DNA of 64,000 nt, from NCBI GenBank assembly GCA_964187785.1, contig OZ076409.1, positions 71,488,001 to 71,552,000 on the forward strand, in the 5' to 3' direction. Position numbers and translations under genes: made by a program. The DNA is from Amphiscolops sp. MND2022. Lineage: Eukaryota. Shown here piece by piece: positions 12,101 through 25,175 of this stretch; positions within the stretch are counted from its first letter, which is position 1; each line of letters begins with the position of its first letter. Under the pieces are notes generated by a model. It was not told where the DNA came from. It saw only the letters and a program-made list of their open reading frames with translations, and ran no database searches.

Positions 12101-13033
12101 TTCAAAAACTAAAAACTTAGATCTTTCTATCTTTTGTAACACTTACTGTAACAGCTGAAATGATGAAAGAATAATTATTCTTCTAATAACTTCAAGATTT
12201 TTTGCTTCACCTTTTATTTCTGCAGAACAAAACCATAAGACATACATATTTTTCGCAGTTAAGTTCGACTGTATTACCCAGTGAACAAAGGTATGACAGG
12301 AAGATTACAAGTTGTCTCAAAACTTTCCCGCCTTCCAAAATCATGAAACGTCTACACAACCAAGATTGTAAAGGAATGAATGTGGAATGCGTCATTTTAG
12401 TTAAAATAAATAACGTGTAGAACTTACCTTTATCTGAAGATGACGTTGATTTATGATCTTTAGAGGATAGTTCAATTTTTGACCATAATAGTGCGAAACT
12501 AATTATTATATGAATAATGGCGTGGAAAGCGTTCAGAAATTGCAGTATTTTCGATTCGAGCATGTATGCGTGGGTTCCTTTGGTGGCATTAGCTTAGTGT
12601 ACATGATGGAAGTTTCCGATCTATTATGATAAAATTTACTCACAAGTCTTTGTTTTTCCTATTTTTTTATGCCATTAAGTACATTCATTCTGTCCCCTTC
12701 TCTGGGAATGTACGTTTGCCAAATGACTGTCATCCAAATTTTGCATTCGCGAAGAGTTTAAATACATAAACACGTCTTTAGCGTTTCCAAATCACAACCG
12801 ATTAACATTTTTTAAAATTTTTTTTATGAAAATTGATATTTTGTTTTGATTTTGGTATCTTCTACTTTTATCATCCATCATAACAAGCACCTTACCATGT
12901 CTCTCGCTTGTCTTCATTTTACAACGCCACATAGCGTTCCGACTCCCACCGTCTGTGGGCATGCCGAGGCATGCCCTTCGACGACGTATGCCAACTACTT
13001 TTTATATCTACACCCGATTGCGGTAGCGGCTAG

Positions 13034-15016
13034 GTGGGCGGGGGTAATTCCCCTTCAAAAAATTCGGCCGGCGGGTTGGGTCCTGCCGGACGTCAAATAG
13101 TGTGAAACATCCAGTAGGAAACGGCGACATTTATCAGCGATTTTAAAATTGAACCGTTAGAATTTGGACTTGGAGTGCATGCGGGCCCAAAATGCCCATA
13201 CGAATCGAAGTTCCTGCTGACGTTAAGCGATAAAAACACTTTATAAAAAGTTATGGCCCATTTTACGTTCACCTAGAGAGGTAAAATGAGGAAAATTTTA
13301 ACAAAGTTGCTGATAACTCAAAATACATTAATTTTTGGACTTTGACTGTGAAACAAGCTTGGAACCTTCATTTCGTGGCTGTGGCATTGCACTGAACACA
13401 AAAGATGTAAAGTTTTCACATTTTTTGAAAATTCGACATTTTTGAATTTTTTTCACTACTATCAGTACACTATATGTCAAAAACACCTCAGAAAAAAATT
13501 TTTATTTGCTTAAATTTAGAAACCTCGGTATCCATGGTTTCCGTCAGTACCTACTCGCAGCCAAACACTCAACAAATTGCATCCAATGTGAAAATAAAAT
13601 TTTTTTCGGGGTCATAAGCGTTTCACAAGGATTTCTCAACTTAGTATTAATTTACAAAATGGTCATTTTGAACACAATATTTTCATCGAGGCTTGTCGGC
13701 TATAGCCTTAATGTTCTAGAACGGTCCCACTGGCAACGTAGGAACCATTTATAGTAATAGAAAGTTTTAAAAAATTTTTTTCATCCGGTCTTCAGTCATT
13801 TTTCAGTCATTCGGAACTTAACTTAGAAAAATTTCGACCAAAATACCCATTTTTTGTCAGGTCGAAAATTCAAATTCAGATTTTTAAGCAAAATTATTAA
13901 CTCTGACGTAACCCATGGGGCCCATGATACTCAAAACAACAATTGACACTGGTATCAATGGCTCCAATAACATATGAGTCGCGATAAGACGTTATTTTGA
14001 GCAATACGTCTCAATTGAGGTAAAGATCTCGCAAGCCAGCGATCACTGTGAAATGTGATTTCATCAAAAATTTACTAATTTTTGTCAATCACTATGTGCA
14101 CAGAATGCGTAGGGTGCGTTTCAGCACTATAATGAGGTATTTGAAAGCATCGAGTTGCTCAAGGGGTGGTATGAGACCTTTTTGTCCCATATACTTCTGT
14201 ATTTTCCAAAATTTTTAGCCCAATATCTGGAAATACAAACATGACAAAATACTTTCAACTACTTTATTCAAAGGTTACAATATAGATGAACACTGTGGTT
14301 GATCAGAAACTTTCATCTCTTTCGTTTTCCGAAATATTTCCCTTCGCATGTGTTACATTTGTAGCAGAAAAAAAATCGATACAGAAAAATACGCTATTTT
14401 GCTAATATAGAATCGCAATGATTGTGCCTAAAAACTCTTTAAACACTTCTAACGCGACCTTACGCACCCAAAAAGATCGAAAAGGCTATTCACAATGGTG
14501 ACTTGTGCTCTTTCAACGATCCTGACTGAACAATTTTCGCAAATTATTCAAGTACCTGTTAACTGAATCTCGTGATAGCCTTTTAAGTTGGCCTTGTGTC
14601 AACTTGGGAAGGCTATCACATCAAAAAATTTTCAACAAAAATACTTTTTGTTTATTGAAAATGACAGTCGATATATAATTTCGTGATTCTATGCTACCGT
14701 TAGTACCTTCCATTAAGTCACCTGACGATTGCATTCAGTCTTTGATAAATACCTATGAACTCGAAGTCATATTTATAAATTTTTTGCTAAAAATAAACAT
14801 CAAAATTATCCAAATTTATTTAAATTGAGTCTTTATTGTTTTTGTTTTTCTTTTTCTACTGTTATTAGGCCCATCAACTTCCTACAGCCACGCTCTCTGT
14901 CATACTGTACAACGCCACATAGTGTTGCGACGTGCACGGTCTGTGGGCATGCCGAGGCATGCCCTTCGACGACGTATGCCGAATACCGCGGGCCTACGCC
15001 CGCGCTCCCCGGCTAG
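13034..15016 (+). mobile_element. Unit 8, 1983-bp element (~1.99-kb class; near-identical to unit 11)
   Basis: Bounded by junctions 13029 and 15012. 5' hairpin 13068-13089, type-B palindrome 14572-14619, terminal hairpin CGCGGGC-CTAC-GCCCGCG 14987-15004. Confidence 0.78.
14572..14619. other. Representative type-B internal palindrome GTGATAGCCTT..AAGTTG...CAACTT..GAAGGCTATCAC
   Basis: Imperfect ~48-bp inverted repeat. Seen in units 2, 8, 11, 14, 17, 19, 21, 22, 24, 25 and 26. Confidence 0.85.
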
Positions 15017-16085
15017 GTGGTCAAGGGGGATGCCCATCAGAAAATATTGCGAGGCCGGGGAGGGTCCCGAGAGCCGAGCACATTCTATCAATTCCTACCT
15101 TCAGGATTGCGAAGTATTTTAACCGATCTCGAAATTCACCCGTAGGATTTGTCTGAAACTTTGCATGTGGCTTCATCTCAAAAATTTAAGAACTTTTTTC
15201 TGCTGACGTTTTTCCAGGAAAATTCATTTTGTAGGGTTTTTTTGCGTTTTTTTGGTTTTTTTCATCTTTTTTCATCTTTGATTAATCAATGACCGAATCA
15301 AAGGCCATTTTCACCATGAAGGAGAGCCCGTAGCGGCAAAGTGCACTTTTATGAAAATCATCAACGGTCAACGGTCTTTCGAACGGTCCAAAAAAATTTC
15401 CCCCCGGGGGCAACCAAAGTGCCGAAAAGTGCCAAATTTATTTTTTTGACTGAATCACTTTGATCAAATTGATGATTTGAGCAGCCGGAACGGTCCGCAC
15501 GGTCTCGGACAATAAGGTCAAAAATTGTCAGCATCCAATGGGGGTTCCAAAAATGAAATCCGTTTACCTGCAGGAGACATCAGAAAAAAGTTGATTTTTT
15601 GGAGTTTTGGCATTATGACTGATCGGATGATAAATCATTGCATCACGTTGAGTTGCATTTGATGCAGCACACGAGGCAGCTGCAGCGAACTTGAAACTGC
15701 TTAGGGGGCTGAGGTTTACTATCTGTAACAAGCAAAATATCCCTTGGGCAAAAGGTATGCCAAAAAGTGCCTGAAAGTGCTAATTAAGTTGTTGCAAATC
15801 GGCTAGCAAAATTCATTGTCACCGGTGTTCCGTGAGTTGCGCAGCATCTCGCGGGAACAACGGTGCTTGTTTCGAACGCAAAACCCAACATACCTCTTTG
15901 GTGACGTGACGGAGGTCACCATTGGCCTTTTTCGGCAGTGTGATGATATTTTATTGTTGAATTGTGAACAACATACACAAAAGATTTAGCGTGGGATATT
16001 TGTTTGTGTCATACTTCAGTAACAAACTTTCAACCGTTTTGTTTAGGCCTCTACCTAGCAGTGCTCTAAATCGCTCCATCGCTAG
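15017..16085 (+). mobile_element. Unit 9, 1069-bp element with alternative 3' end (related to unit 13)
   Basis: Bounded by junctions 15012 and 16081. Lacks the GGCATGCC block and ends CTAGCAGTGCTCTAAATCGCTCCATCGCTAG. Type-C palindrome 15820-15865. Confidence 0.75.
15820..15865. other. Type-C internal palindrome CACCG-G-TGTTCC...GGAACA-A-CGGTG
   Basis: Imperfect 46-bp inverted repeat in unit 9 and in unit 13 (24910-24955). Confidence 0.75.
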
Positions 16086-17360
16086 GTGGTCGTTAGCATG
16101 GGATTTTCTTTATGAGCGTAGTCCACTTTTTTTAGGCCGGGGTAGGGTCCCGGGCCGTTACCAATTTCTTACGGAGGAAAAATGTGAAAATCTGCGAGTT
16201 TAAAAAATTGGCCCGTACGATTTGGCTGAAAATTGGCATACAGCATCGTCTTGGGAAACAAATGACTTTGTCCTAGTGTCATTTTGCCCAGAAAATTCAA
16301 AAAGTTGGTCAAATTGAAAATTTTTTGTCCGTCCAAGGCAAAAATTTGACTTTTTCGCTTTTTTTGGCCAATTTTCTCAGAATTGGTTGATTTTGGTGCA
16401 GTGAGTCATAAGAGGTTATAAGGTCTGCAAGTAGCCATCAATCGGCTTGCAAAATCAGATTTTGTCAAAAGTGTTTAGTTTTTTCAAAAATTCACACTTT
16501 TTTTTTATTTCAATGTTTTTTGATACACTTTATTGAATTTTTTCTAAGTTTCACTAAATTTTTTTAAAAATGTTTTAAAACACTTTTTTTGCACGTTTTT
16601 GATGTTTTTCGCTCTCCCATACAGGTTTTCGCATACGGGGAAACTGAATCTGGCAACGAAATAACTTTATTCTGCAGTTCAACTTTCGCCATTTTTAATT
16701 GTTGAAAAATCACTTATTTTCAACCTAACGAGTGAAAATATCAGAATTTAAAAACATAAAGTTGAGTTTAAGGAGACTTACAGGTGGAAACAAATGCTCA
16801 GAAACAAATAGATTTCTTGTATTAGCCAAAGAAAGCCTTTAAAATTCTTTTTACTTTCTTTAAATCAAAATTCAACTATTTTTAAGAAATTTGGCAGTGA
16901 AAAAAATTTATAATTTTTAAAAAAAAACTTGCTTTGTTGGTCATTTGCGTTTGTCATTATTATCTGTGTAATTCACCAACACGTTTCAAGTATTTTGACC
17001 CAATTTGAAAATTTTTGATACTGCATAATCTATCCGAGAGAACGAAACAGTTGTGTACATTCCATCTCCCTCCTGGGGGAGATGAGAATGTACTTGCCAA
17101 AGTCCAGGTACTACAGACCATATTTGTTTTTATGCGACGCCGTCTATACTAGTGCACATGAATACAAATTGTTTGTCTGAATTTTACTTCTGACTTGACG
17201 TATGCTGTACGTTTGGTACTGACAATACCCATCATATACATAACAAGCGTCAACGCCACATACCCTTACCAACGCCCATAGTCCGTAGGCATGCCGAGGC
17301 ATGCCTTTCGACGACGCGCGCCAAACACAAGCGCGCCCGCACTTTTGCGGTAGCGGCTAG
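16086..17360 (+). mobile_element. Unit 10, 1275-bp element (~1.27-kb class, mostly unique sequence in this window)
   Basis: Bounded by junctions 16081 and 17356. 5' hairpin 16135-16156, type-A palindrome 17055-17093, variant block AGGCATGCC-GA-GGCATGCCT 17287-17306, hairpin CCGCA-CTTT-TGCGG 17337-17350. Confidence 0.7.
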
Positions 17361-19344
17361 GTGGGCGGGGGTAATTCCCCTTCAAAAAATTCGGCCGGCG
17401 GGTTGGGTCCTGCCGGACGTCAAATAGTGTGAAACATCCAGTAGGAAACGGCGACATTTATCAGCGATTTTAAAATTGAACCGTTAGAATTTGGACTTGG
17501 AGTGCATGCGGGCCCAAAATGCCCATACGAATCGAAGTTCCTGCTGACGTTAAGCGATAAAAACACTTTATAAAAAGTTATGGCCCATTTTACGTTCACT
17601 TAGAGAGGTAAAATGAGGAAAATTTTAACAAAGTTGCTGATAACTCAAAATACATTAATTTTTGGACTTTGACTGTGAAACAAGCTTGGAACCTTCATTT
17701 CGTGGCTGTGGCATTGCACTGAACACAAAAGATGAAAAGATCACGAAGATTTTTGAAAATTCGACATTTTTGAATTTTTTTCACTACTATCAGTACACTA
17801 TATGTCAAAAACACCTCAGAAAAAAATTTTTATTTGCTTAAATTTAGAAACCTCGGTATCCATGGTTTCCGTCAGTACCTACTCGCAGCCAAACACTCAA
17901 CAAATTGCATCCAATGTGAAAATAAAATTTTTTTCGGGGTCATAAGCGTTTCACAAGGATTTCTCAACTTAGTATTAATTTACAAAATGGTCATTTTGAA
18001 CACAATATTTTCATCGAGGCTTGTCGGCTATAGCCTTAATGTTCTAGAACGGTCCCACTGGCAACGTAGGAACCATTTATAGTAATAGAAAGTTTTAAAA
18101 AAATTTTTTCATCCGGTCTTCAGTCATTTTTCAGTCATTCGGAACTTAACTTAGAAAAATTTCGACCAAAATACCCATTTTTTGTCAGGTCGAAAATTCA
18201 AATTCAGATTTTTAAGCAAAATTATTAACTCTGACGTAACTCATGGGGCCCATGATACTCAAAACAACAATTGACACTGGTATCAATGGCTCCAATAACA
18301 TATGAGTCGCGATAAGACGTTATTTTGAGCAATACGTCTCAATTGAGGTAAAGATCTCGCAAGCCAGCGATCACTGTGAAATGTGATTTCATCAAAAATT
18401 TACTCATTTTTGTCAATCACTATGTGCACAGAATGCGTAGGGTGCGTTTCAGCACTATAATGAGGTATTTGAAAGCATCGAGTTGCTCAAGGGGTGGTAT
18501 GAGACCTTTTTGTCCCATATACTTCTGTATTTTCCAAAATTTTTAGCCCAATATCTGGAAATACAAACATGACAAAATACTTTCAACTACTTTATTCAAA
18601 GGTTACAATATAGATGAACACTGTGGTTGATCAGAAACTTTCATCTCTTTCGTTTTCCGAAATATTTCCCTTCGCATGTGTTACATTTGTAGCAGAAAAA
18701 AAATCGATACAGAAAAATACGCTATTTTGCTAATATAGAATCGCAATGATTGTGCCTAAAAACTCTTTAAACACTTCTAACGCGACCTTACGCACCCAAA
18801 AAGATCGAAAAGGCTATTCACAATGGTGACTTGTGCTCTTTCAACGATCCTGACTGAACAATTTTCGCAAATTATTCAAGTACCTGTTAACTGAATCTCG
18901 TGATAGCCTTTTAAGTTGGCCTTGTGTCAACTTGGGAAGGCTATCACATCAAAAAATTTTCAACAAAAATACTTTTTGTTTATTGAAAATGACAGTCGAT
19001 ATATAATTTCGTGATTCTATGCTACCGTTAGTACCTTCCATTAAGTCACCTGACGATTGCATTCAGTCTTTGATAAATACCTATGAACTCGAAGTCATAT
19101 TTATAAATTTTTTGCTAAAAATAAACATCAAAATTATCCAAATTTATTAAAATTGAGTCTTTATTGTTTTTGTTTCTCTTTTTCTACTGTTATTAGGCCC
19201 ATCAACTTCCTACAGCCACGCTCTCTGTCATACTGTACAACGCCACATAGTGTTGCGACGTGCACGGTCTGTGGGCATGCCGAGGCATGCCCTTCGACGA
19301 CGTATGCCGAATACCGCGGGCCTACGCCCGCGCTCCCCGGCTAG
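17361..19344 (+). mobile_element. Unit 11, 1984-bp element
   Basis: Near-identical to unit 8. Junctions 17356 and 19340. Confidence 0.78.
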
Positions 19345-22300
19345 GTGGGCGGGGGTAATTCCCCAACAAAAAAATCGGCCGGCGGGTCGGGTCCTGCCGG
19401 CCGTCCAAAATCAAAATTATACTAGTAGAAAACGGCCGGTCAAACGAGCTATTTTTTTATTTAACCGTTAGAATTTGGGTTTAGATTGCATGCGGCCATG
19501 AAATGGCCATACGAATCGAAGTTCCTGCTGACGTTTTGCGATTGAATCACTTTATAAAAAGTTATGGCCAATTTGTCATTCACCTAGAAGGGCAAAATGA
19601 GGAAAATTTTAACAAAGTCGCTGATAACTCAAAATGTAATAATTTTTGGACTTTGACAGTGAAACAAGCTTGGACCTGTCATTTCGTGGCTGTGGCATTG
19701 CACTGAACACAAAAGATGTAAAGTTTTCACATTTTTTGAAAATTCGACATTTTTGATTTTTTTTTCACTACTATCAGTACACTATATGTCAAAAACGCCT
19801 CTGAAAAAAATTTTTATTTGCTTAAAATTAGAAACATTGGTATCCATGGTTTCCGTCAGTACCTACTCGCTGCCAAACGCTCAACAGTTTGCATACAATG
19901 TGAAAATATAATTTTTTTCGAGGTCATAGGTGTTTCACAAGGATTTCTCAACTTAGTATCTATTTACAAATTGGTCATTTTGAACACATTATTTTCATCG
20001 AAGCGTGTCAGATACCACCCTAATGCTCACGAATGGGCCTACTGGCAACGTTGGAACCATTTTTAGTAATAGAAAGTATTAAAAAAATATTTTCACCCGG
20101 TCTTCAGTCATTTTTCAGACATTCGGTACTTAACTTAGAAAAATTTCGCATCAAAAACCCATATTTGGTAGGGTCGAAATTTGAAATTCAGTTTTTTATG
20201 CAAAATTATTAACTCTGACGTAACCAGTGGAGCCCATGATACTCAAAAACACGATTGGGACTGGTATCAGTGGCTCCAATAACATATGAGCCGCGATAAG
20301 ACGTTATTCAGAGCAAACGCTCTAAATCGAAGTAAACATCTCTGAAGCCTGGGATCACAGTGAAATGTGATATCACCAAAAGTTTACTCTTTTTTGTCAA
20401 TCACTATGTACACAGAGTGCGTAGGGTGAGTTTCAGGACTATAATGAGGTTTTTGAAGTAATCGCGCTGCTCAAGGGGTGGTATGAGACTATTTTTTCCC
20501 ATATACTACTACATTTCCATAAATTTGCAGTCCATTGTCTTGGAAAGATAAATTCACAAAAACAATTTTTCTACTCTATTCAGTTATTAGAATAAAGTTG
20601 ATTACTGTGGTTGATCAGAAATGCTCAATTCTTTTGGTTTTTAAAAAAATTCCTTCGCATTCGTTACATTTGTGGAAGGAAGGTTATCAGTAGCTCCAAA
20701 AAAAACGAAATTTAGCACGAACAGACATGCAACGATGCAAAGCAAAAACGTTTTTACAACTTCCGACGTCATTATTTTACCCAAGAAGTTCGAAAATATC
20801 ATTCGCAATGCTGTCATTCGCTATATATACGATCGCGGTCAATTTACAAACATTTAGATTTCATTGTTATGCTTGAAAACCAATTTTTGTCAGGTCGAAA
20901 TTTTAAATTTTGCCTGGGGAGCAATACCCTTCACGCTGAAGTAAACAGTGGGGCCCAAGTTACTCAAAAACAAGAAAGAGACTGCTACAATATGTCCTAA
21001 TAACATATGGACCACGATAGTACGTTTTTCCTACAAAAAACTCTCATCCGAAGTAAATATGTTGAAAGCTTTTAATCACCGTGAGAAGTGATTTCATCAA
21101 AAAATAACTATTTTTTGTCAATCACTATTTACACAGAATTTGTAAAGTTAGTTTGAGTCATGAAATGAGGCTTTACCGTAATATGGGTTGCTCAAGGTGT
21201 TATATAAGACAAAAACTTCCTCTTTTCTACTAGCTTCTTCAAATATTTCAACCCTTTCTCACAATAAGTTAATATTCAAAATCTCTTTGAAATGTATCTT
21301 TATGTTGGGGTGAAGTCTAAGAACAATAACTATGATCGAAGAATGCTAGTACTGGTGTTTGAACCATGTCCGGATGAACAAATCACAAAATAATCAAAAA
21401 ATTGTTCCCTTTTTTGGTTATTTTGGCAGTACTAAAAATGTTAGCTGATAAATAATTTTTTCGATGGCACCATTGGATTCCTCTCAAAAAGTTGGTTATA
21501 TGACCTGTGTAATAACCCCGTATCTTTTCAATTTGAATATATTTAAAAAGCCAACTATTTTGACCAAAATCCTAAAAATCATACCATTTCCTAAAAATTT
21601 TCAAATGCACCCCATTTGACGTATTAGATAAGCACAGAAAACTATCATATACCGATCAACTCTACTCCCATTGTAGATTATTAGAATTTTGTTTAGAATG
21701 AATTTTGATGGATATTTAAAAAATTTTGAACCCTCCAAAAATGGGCCAAAATTACACGAAAAAATTGACCTTAAAATACCAAAATGTCAAAAAATCATCA
21801 AAACCACGGCTTCTTGGGGTTCTATCAACTCCGCGTGGTCCACAGAGTATGCTAAAACAGGTTTTACCCGTTTTTGAGCAATATGTGAAAAAGCCGACAT
21901 TTTTGGGAAAGAAAAACATACCATTTCCTAAAAAAATTCAAATGCACGTCATTTGCCGTATTAGAATAGCACAGAAAACTATCACATACCAATCAACTCT
22001 ACTTTCATTGCAGATGAACAGAATTTTGTTTAGAATAAATTTTACCGGATAATAAAAAATATTTGAATCCTTCAAAAATGGGCCAAAATTACACGAAAAA
22101 TGGACCTTAAAAATTTAAAATGTCAAAAAATCATCAAAACAACAGCTTCTTGGGGTTCTATCAACTCCACGAGGTCCACAGAGTATGCTAAAACAGGTTT
22201 TACCCGTTTTTGAGCAATATGTGAAAAAGCCGACATTTTTGGGAAAGAAAAACATACCATTTCCTAAAAAAATTCAAATGCACGCCATTTGCCGTATGAA

Positions 22301-24105
22301 AATAGCACAGAAAACTATCACATACCAATCAACTCTACTTTCATTGCAGATGAACAGAATTTTGTTTAGAATAAATTTTACCGGATAATAAAAAAAATTG
22401 ATTCCTTCTAAAATGGGCCAAAATTACACGAAAAAATGGACCTTAAAATTTTAAAATGTCAAAAAATCATCAAAACCACGGCTTCTTGGGGTTCTATCAA
22501 CTCCACGTGGTCCACAGAGTATGCCTAACCCGGTTTTACCCATCTTTGAGCAAAATGTGAAAATACCGACATTTTTGGAAAAGAAAAACATGCCATTTTC
22601 TAATAAATTTCAAATGCACGCCATTTGCTGTATGAGAATAACACAGAAAGCTGTCACATACCGATCAACTCTACTTCCATTGTAGATTATCAGAAGTTTG
22701 TTTAGAATAAATTTTGATGGATAATAAAAAAAATTGAATCCATCAAAAATGGGCCAAAATTACACGAAAAAATTGACATTAAAATATCAAAATGTCAAAA
22801 AATCATCAAAACCACAGTTTCTTGGCGTTCTATCAACTCCATATGATACCAAACCAGGTACTGCCAATCGTTTGGGTTATAATAAAAAAACGTCTTTTTT
22901 GGCAAGAATTCCATACCATAAATAATAATCATGTTCCATATAAGAAGCGAATCATTTCAGATATATACCCTGTTCATTTTTTTAATATTACCGATTATTA
23001 ATTTAATAGATGTTTTGAATGTGAGCTTCCTAAAAGGTTCAGGTGTGATGATACGTAAATAGAACCTTAGTTTCATCGAAATCTCAATTGAATATGTCCA
23101 ATCTTAACCATCAGATAACAAGAAACACTTAAGTACATTCCATCTCCCCATCGGGGGAGATGAGAATGTACTTTCGAGAAGCCAAATACGTCCAACATTC
23201 AAACTTTTGTAACTTTGTATGTAACTCCTGAAACGAAGAAGGAATAAAATTGTTTCTGGTACATACATGAGTCTTTACTTCAGCTTCTATTTCTGCTGAA
23301 CAAAACCATTCGACTCTTTTACCGGAGTTAAGATCGATTGTTTTACCCAGTGAACAAAGGCATGACTGAAAACGTTTACTACTTTGTTCATAATTTTCCG
23401 GCCTTCCGAAATGATGAAACGTCCACATAACTAAGATAGCAAGTGAATGACTGCGAAATGCACCTTATTAGATGAGGTAAATAACGTGTAAAACTCTCCT
23501 TTATCCTAACATGAGGTTGAGTAATGATCATTTGAGAATAGTTTGATATGTGAATACAATAGTATAAAACAAGTACATTTTATATGAATAACGCCGTGGA
23601 AAGCGTTCAGAAAGGACAGTAGGCTTGTTTGGAACATGTATGTGTGGTGTCCCTTGGTGGCGTTCGCTTAGTGTATATGTCGAGGGGTATTCGAGTTGTT
23701 ATGATAGAATTTACACACAAGTCTTTTGTTTTTTGGTTTTTTTAAAATGTCGTTAAGTACCTGCATTCTATCCCCTTCTCAGAGATGACGTGAAGTTACG
23801 TTTGCTAAATAAATGTCATCGAAAGATCACACTCCCGACGAAATTAACTATCTTAACACGTGTTTAGAATTTTAAATAAACAACCGTATAAGATTTTTAT
23901 ATTTCATTGAGTTTGATGAAGTCTTTTGTTCTTCTCACTACTATTTCAACCAATACACATATCCGTTACCATATCACATGTCTCCTTTAGTACAACGCCA
24001 CATAGCGTTCCGACGCCCACAGTCTGTGGGCATGCCGAGGCATGCCCTTCGACGACGTATGGCAAATGGAGCCATGCCCGCCGTCTTTACGGCGGTAGCG
24101 GCTAG
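19345..24105 (+). mobile_element. Unit 12, 4761-bp element (near-identical to unit 18 and most of unit 16)
   Basis: Junctions 19340 and 24101. ~336-bp internal repeat ~21580-22870, type-A palindrome ~23131-23173, terminal hairpin CCGCCGT-CTTT-ACGGCGG 24078-24095. Confidence 0.78.
21580..22870. repeat. Internal ~336-bp tandem repeat of unit 12
   Basis: Recurrent CATACCATTTCCTAAAAA...GGTCCACAGAGTATGC module with anchors 21580 and 21917. Confidence 0.88.
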
Positions 24106-25175
24106 GTGGTCAAGGGGGATGCCCATCAGAAAATATTGCGAGGCCGGGGAGGGTCCCGATTGCCGAGCACATTATATCAATTCCTACCTTCAGGATTGCG
24201 AAGTATTTTAACCGATCTCGAAATTCACCCGTAGGATTTGGCTGAAACTTTGCATGTGGCTTTATCTCAAAAATTTAAGAACTTTTTTCTGCTGACGTTT
24301 TTCCAGGAAAATTCATTTTGTAGGGTTTTTTTGCGTTTTTTTGGTTTTTTTCATCTTTTTTCATCTTTGATTAATCAATGACCGAATCAAAGGCCATTTT
24401 CACCATGAAGGAAAGCCCGTAGCGGCAAAGTGCACTTTTATGAAAATCATCAACGGTCAACGGTCTTTCGAACGGTCCAAAAAAATTTCCCCCCGGGGGC
24501 AACCAAAATGCCGAAAAATGCCAAAATTAATTTTTTGACTGAATCACTTTGATCAAAATGATGATTTGAGCAGCCGGAACGGTCCGCACGGTCTCGGACG
24601 AAAAGGTCAAAAATTGTCAGCATCCATTGGGGGTTCCAAAAATGTAATTCGTTCACCTGTAGGAGACATCAGAAAAAAGTTGATTTTTTGGGGTATATGT
24701 CATTATGAGTGATTGGATGAGAAAAAAATGTATCACTTTCAGTTGGATATGATGCAGCACAGCAAGCAGCTGCAGCAAACTTGAAACTGATTATGGGGCT
24801 GGGGTTTACCCTCTGTATCAAGCAAAATAGCCCTAGGGCATAAGTTGTGCCAAAAAATGCCTCAAAGTGATGATTAAGTTATTGCAAACCGATTAGCAAA
24901 ATTTATTGTCACCGGTGTTCCGAGAGTTGCGCAGCATCTCGCAGGAACAACGGTGCTTGGTTAGAAAGCAAAAAACCACAAAATCCCTTGAGTTAAGTTG
25001 ACGGCAGTCACCATGGACATTCACTCGTCAGGGTGATGATATTTATCGTTCAATCCCAGAATAACTTACAAAAAATTGGTAGCCTCAATATTTCTTTTTC
25101 ATACTCCATTAGCAAAGGTTGCGCTGTTCAGTTTAGGCCTTTTACTAGCAGTGCTCTAAATCGCTCCATCGCTAG
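24106..25175 (+). mobile_element. Unit 13, 1070-bp element with alternative 3' end
   Basis: Diverged copy of unit 9. Junctions 24101 and 25171. Type-C palindrome 24910-24955. Confidence 0.75.

Larger units (their letters stand above)
8265..13033 (+). mobile_element. Unit 7, 4769-bp element (~4.76-kb class; near-identical to unit 23)
   Basis: Bounded by junctions 8260 and 13029. Internal ~336-bp tandem repeat, type-A palindrome 12059-12100, block 12957-12976. Confidence 0.78.

Noticed and set aside
12920..13095. tRNA/SINE head or self-cleaving ribozyme (hammerhead, HDV-like) in the GC-rich junction region
   Set aside because: I found no cloverleaf or A/B boxes, no CUGAUGA/GAAA hammerhead core and no convincing HDV pseudoknot by eye. 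No poly(A) tails are present. An Infernal/Rfam scan would be needed to exclude this formally.
13029..15020. TIR DNA transposons/MITEs with a 9-bp target-site duplication, or LTR elements
   Set aside because: Unit ends are not inverted repeats of each other, there are no TG…CA LTR pairs, and the 9-mer is invariant rather than a variable TSD.
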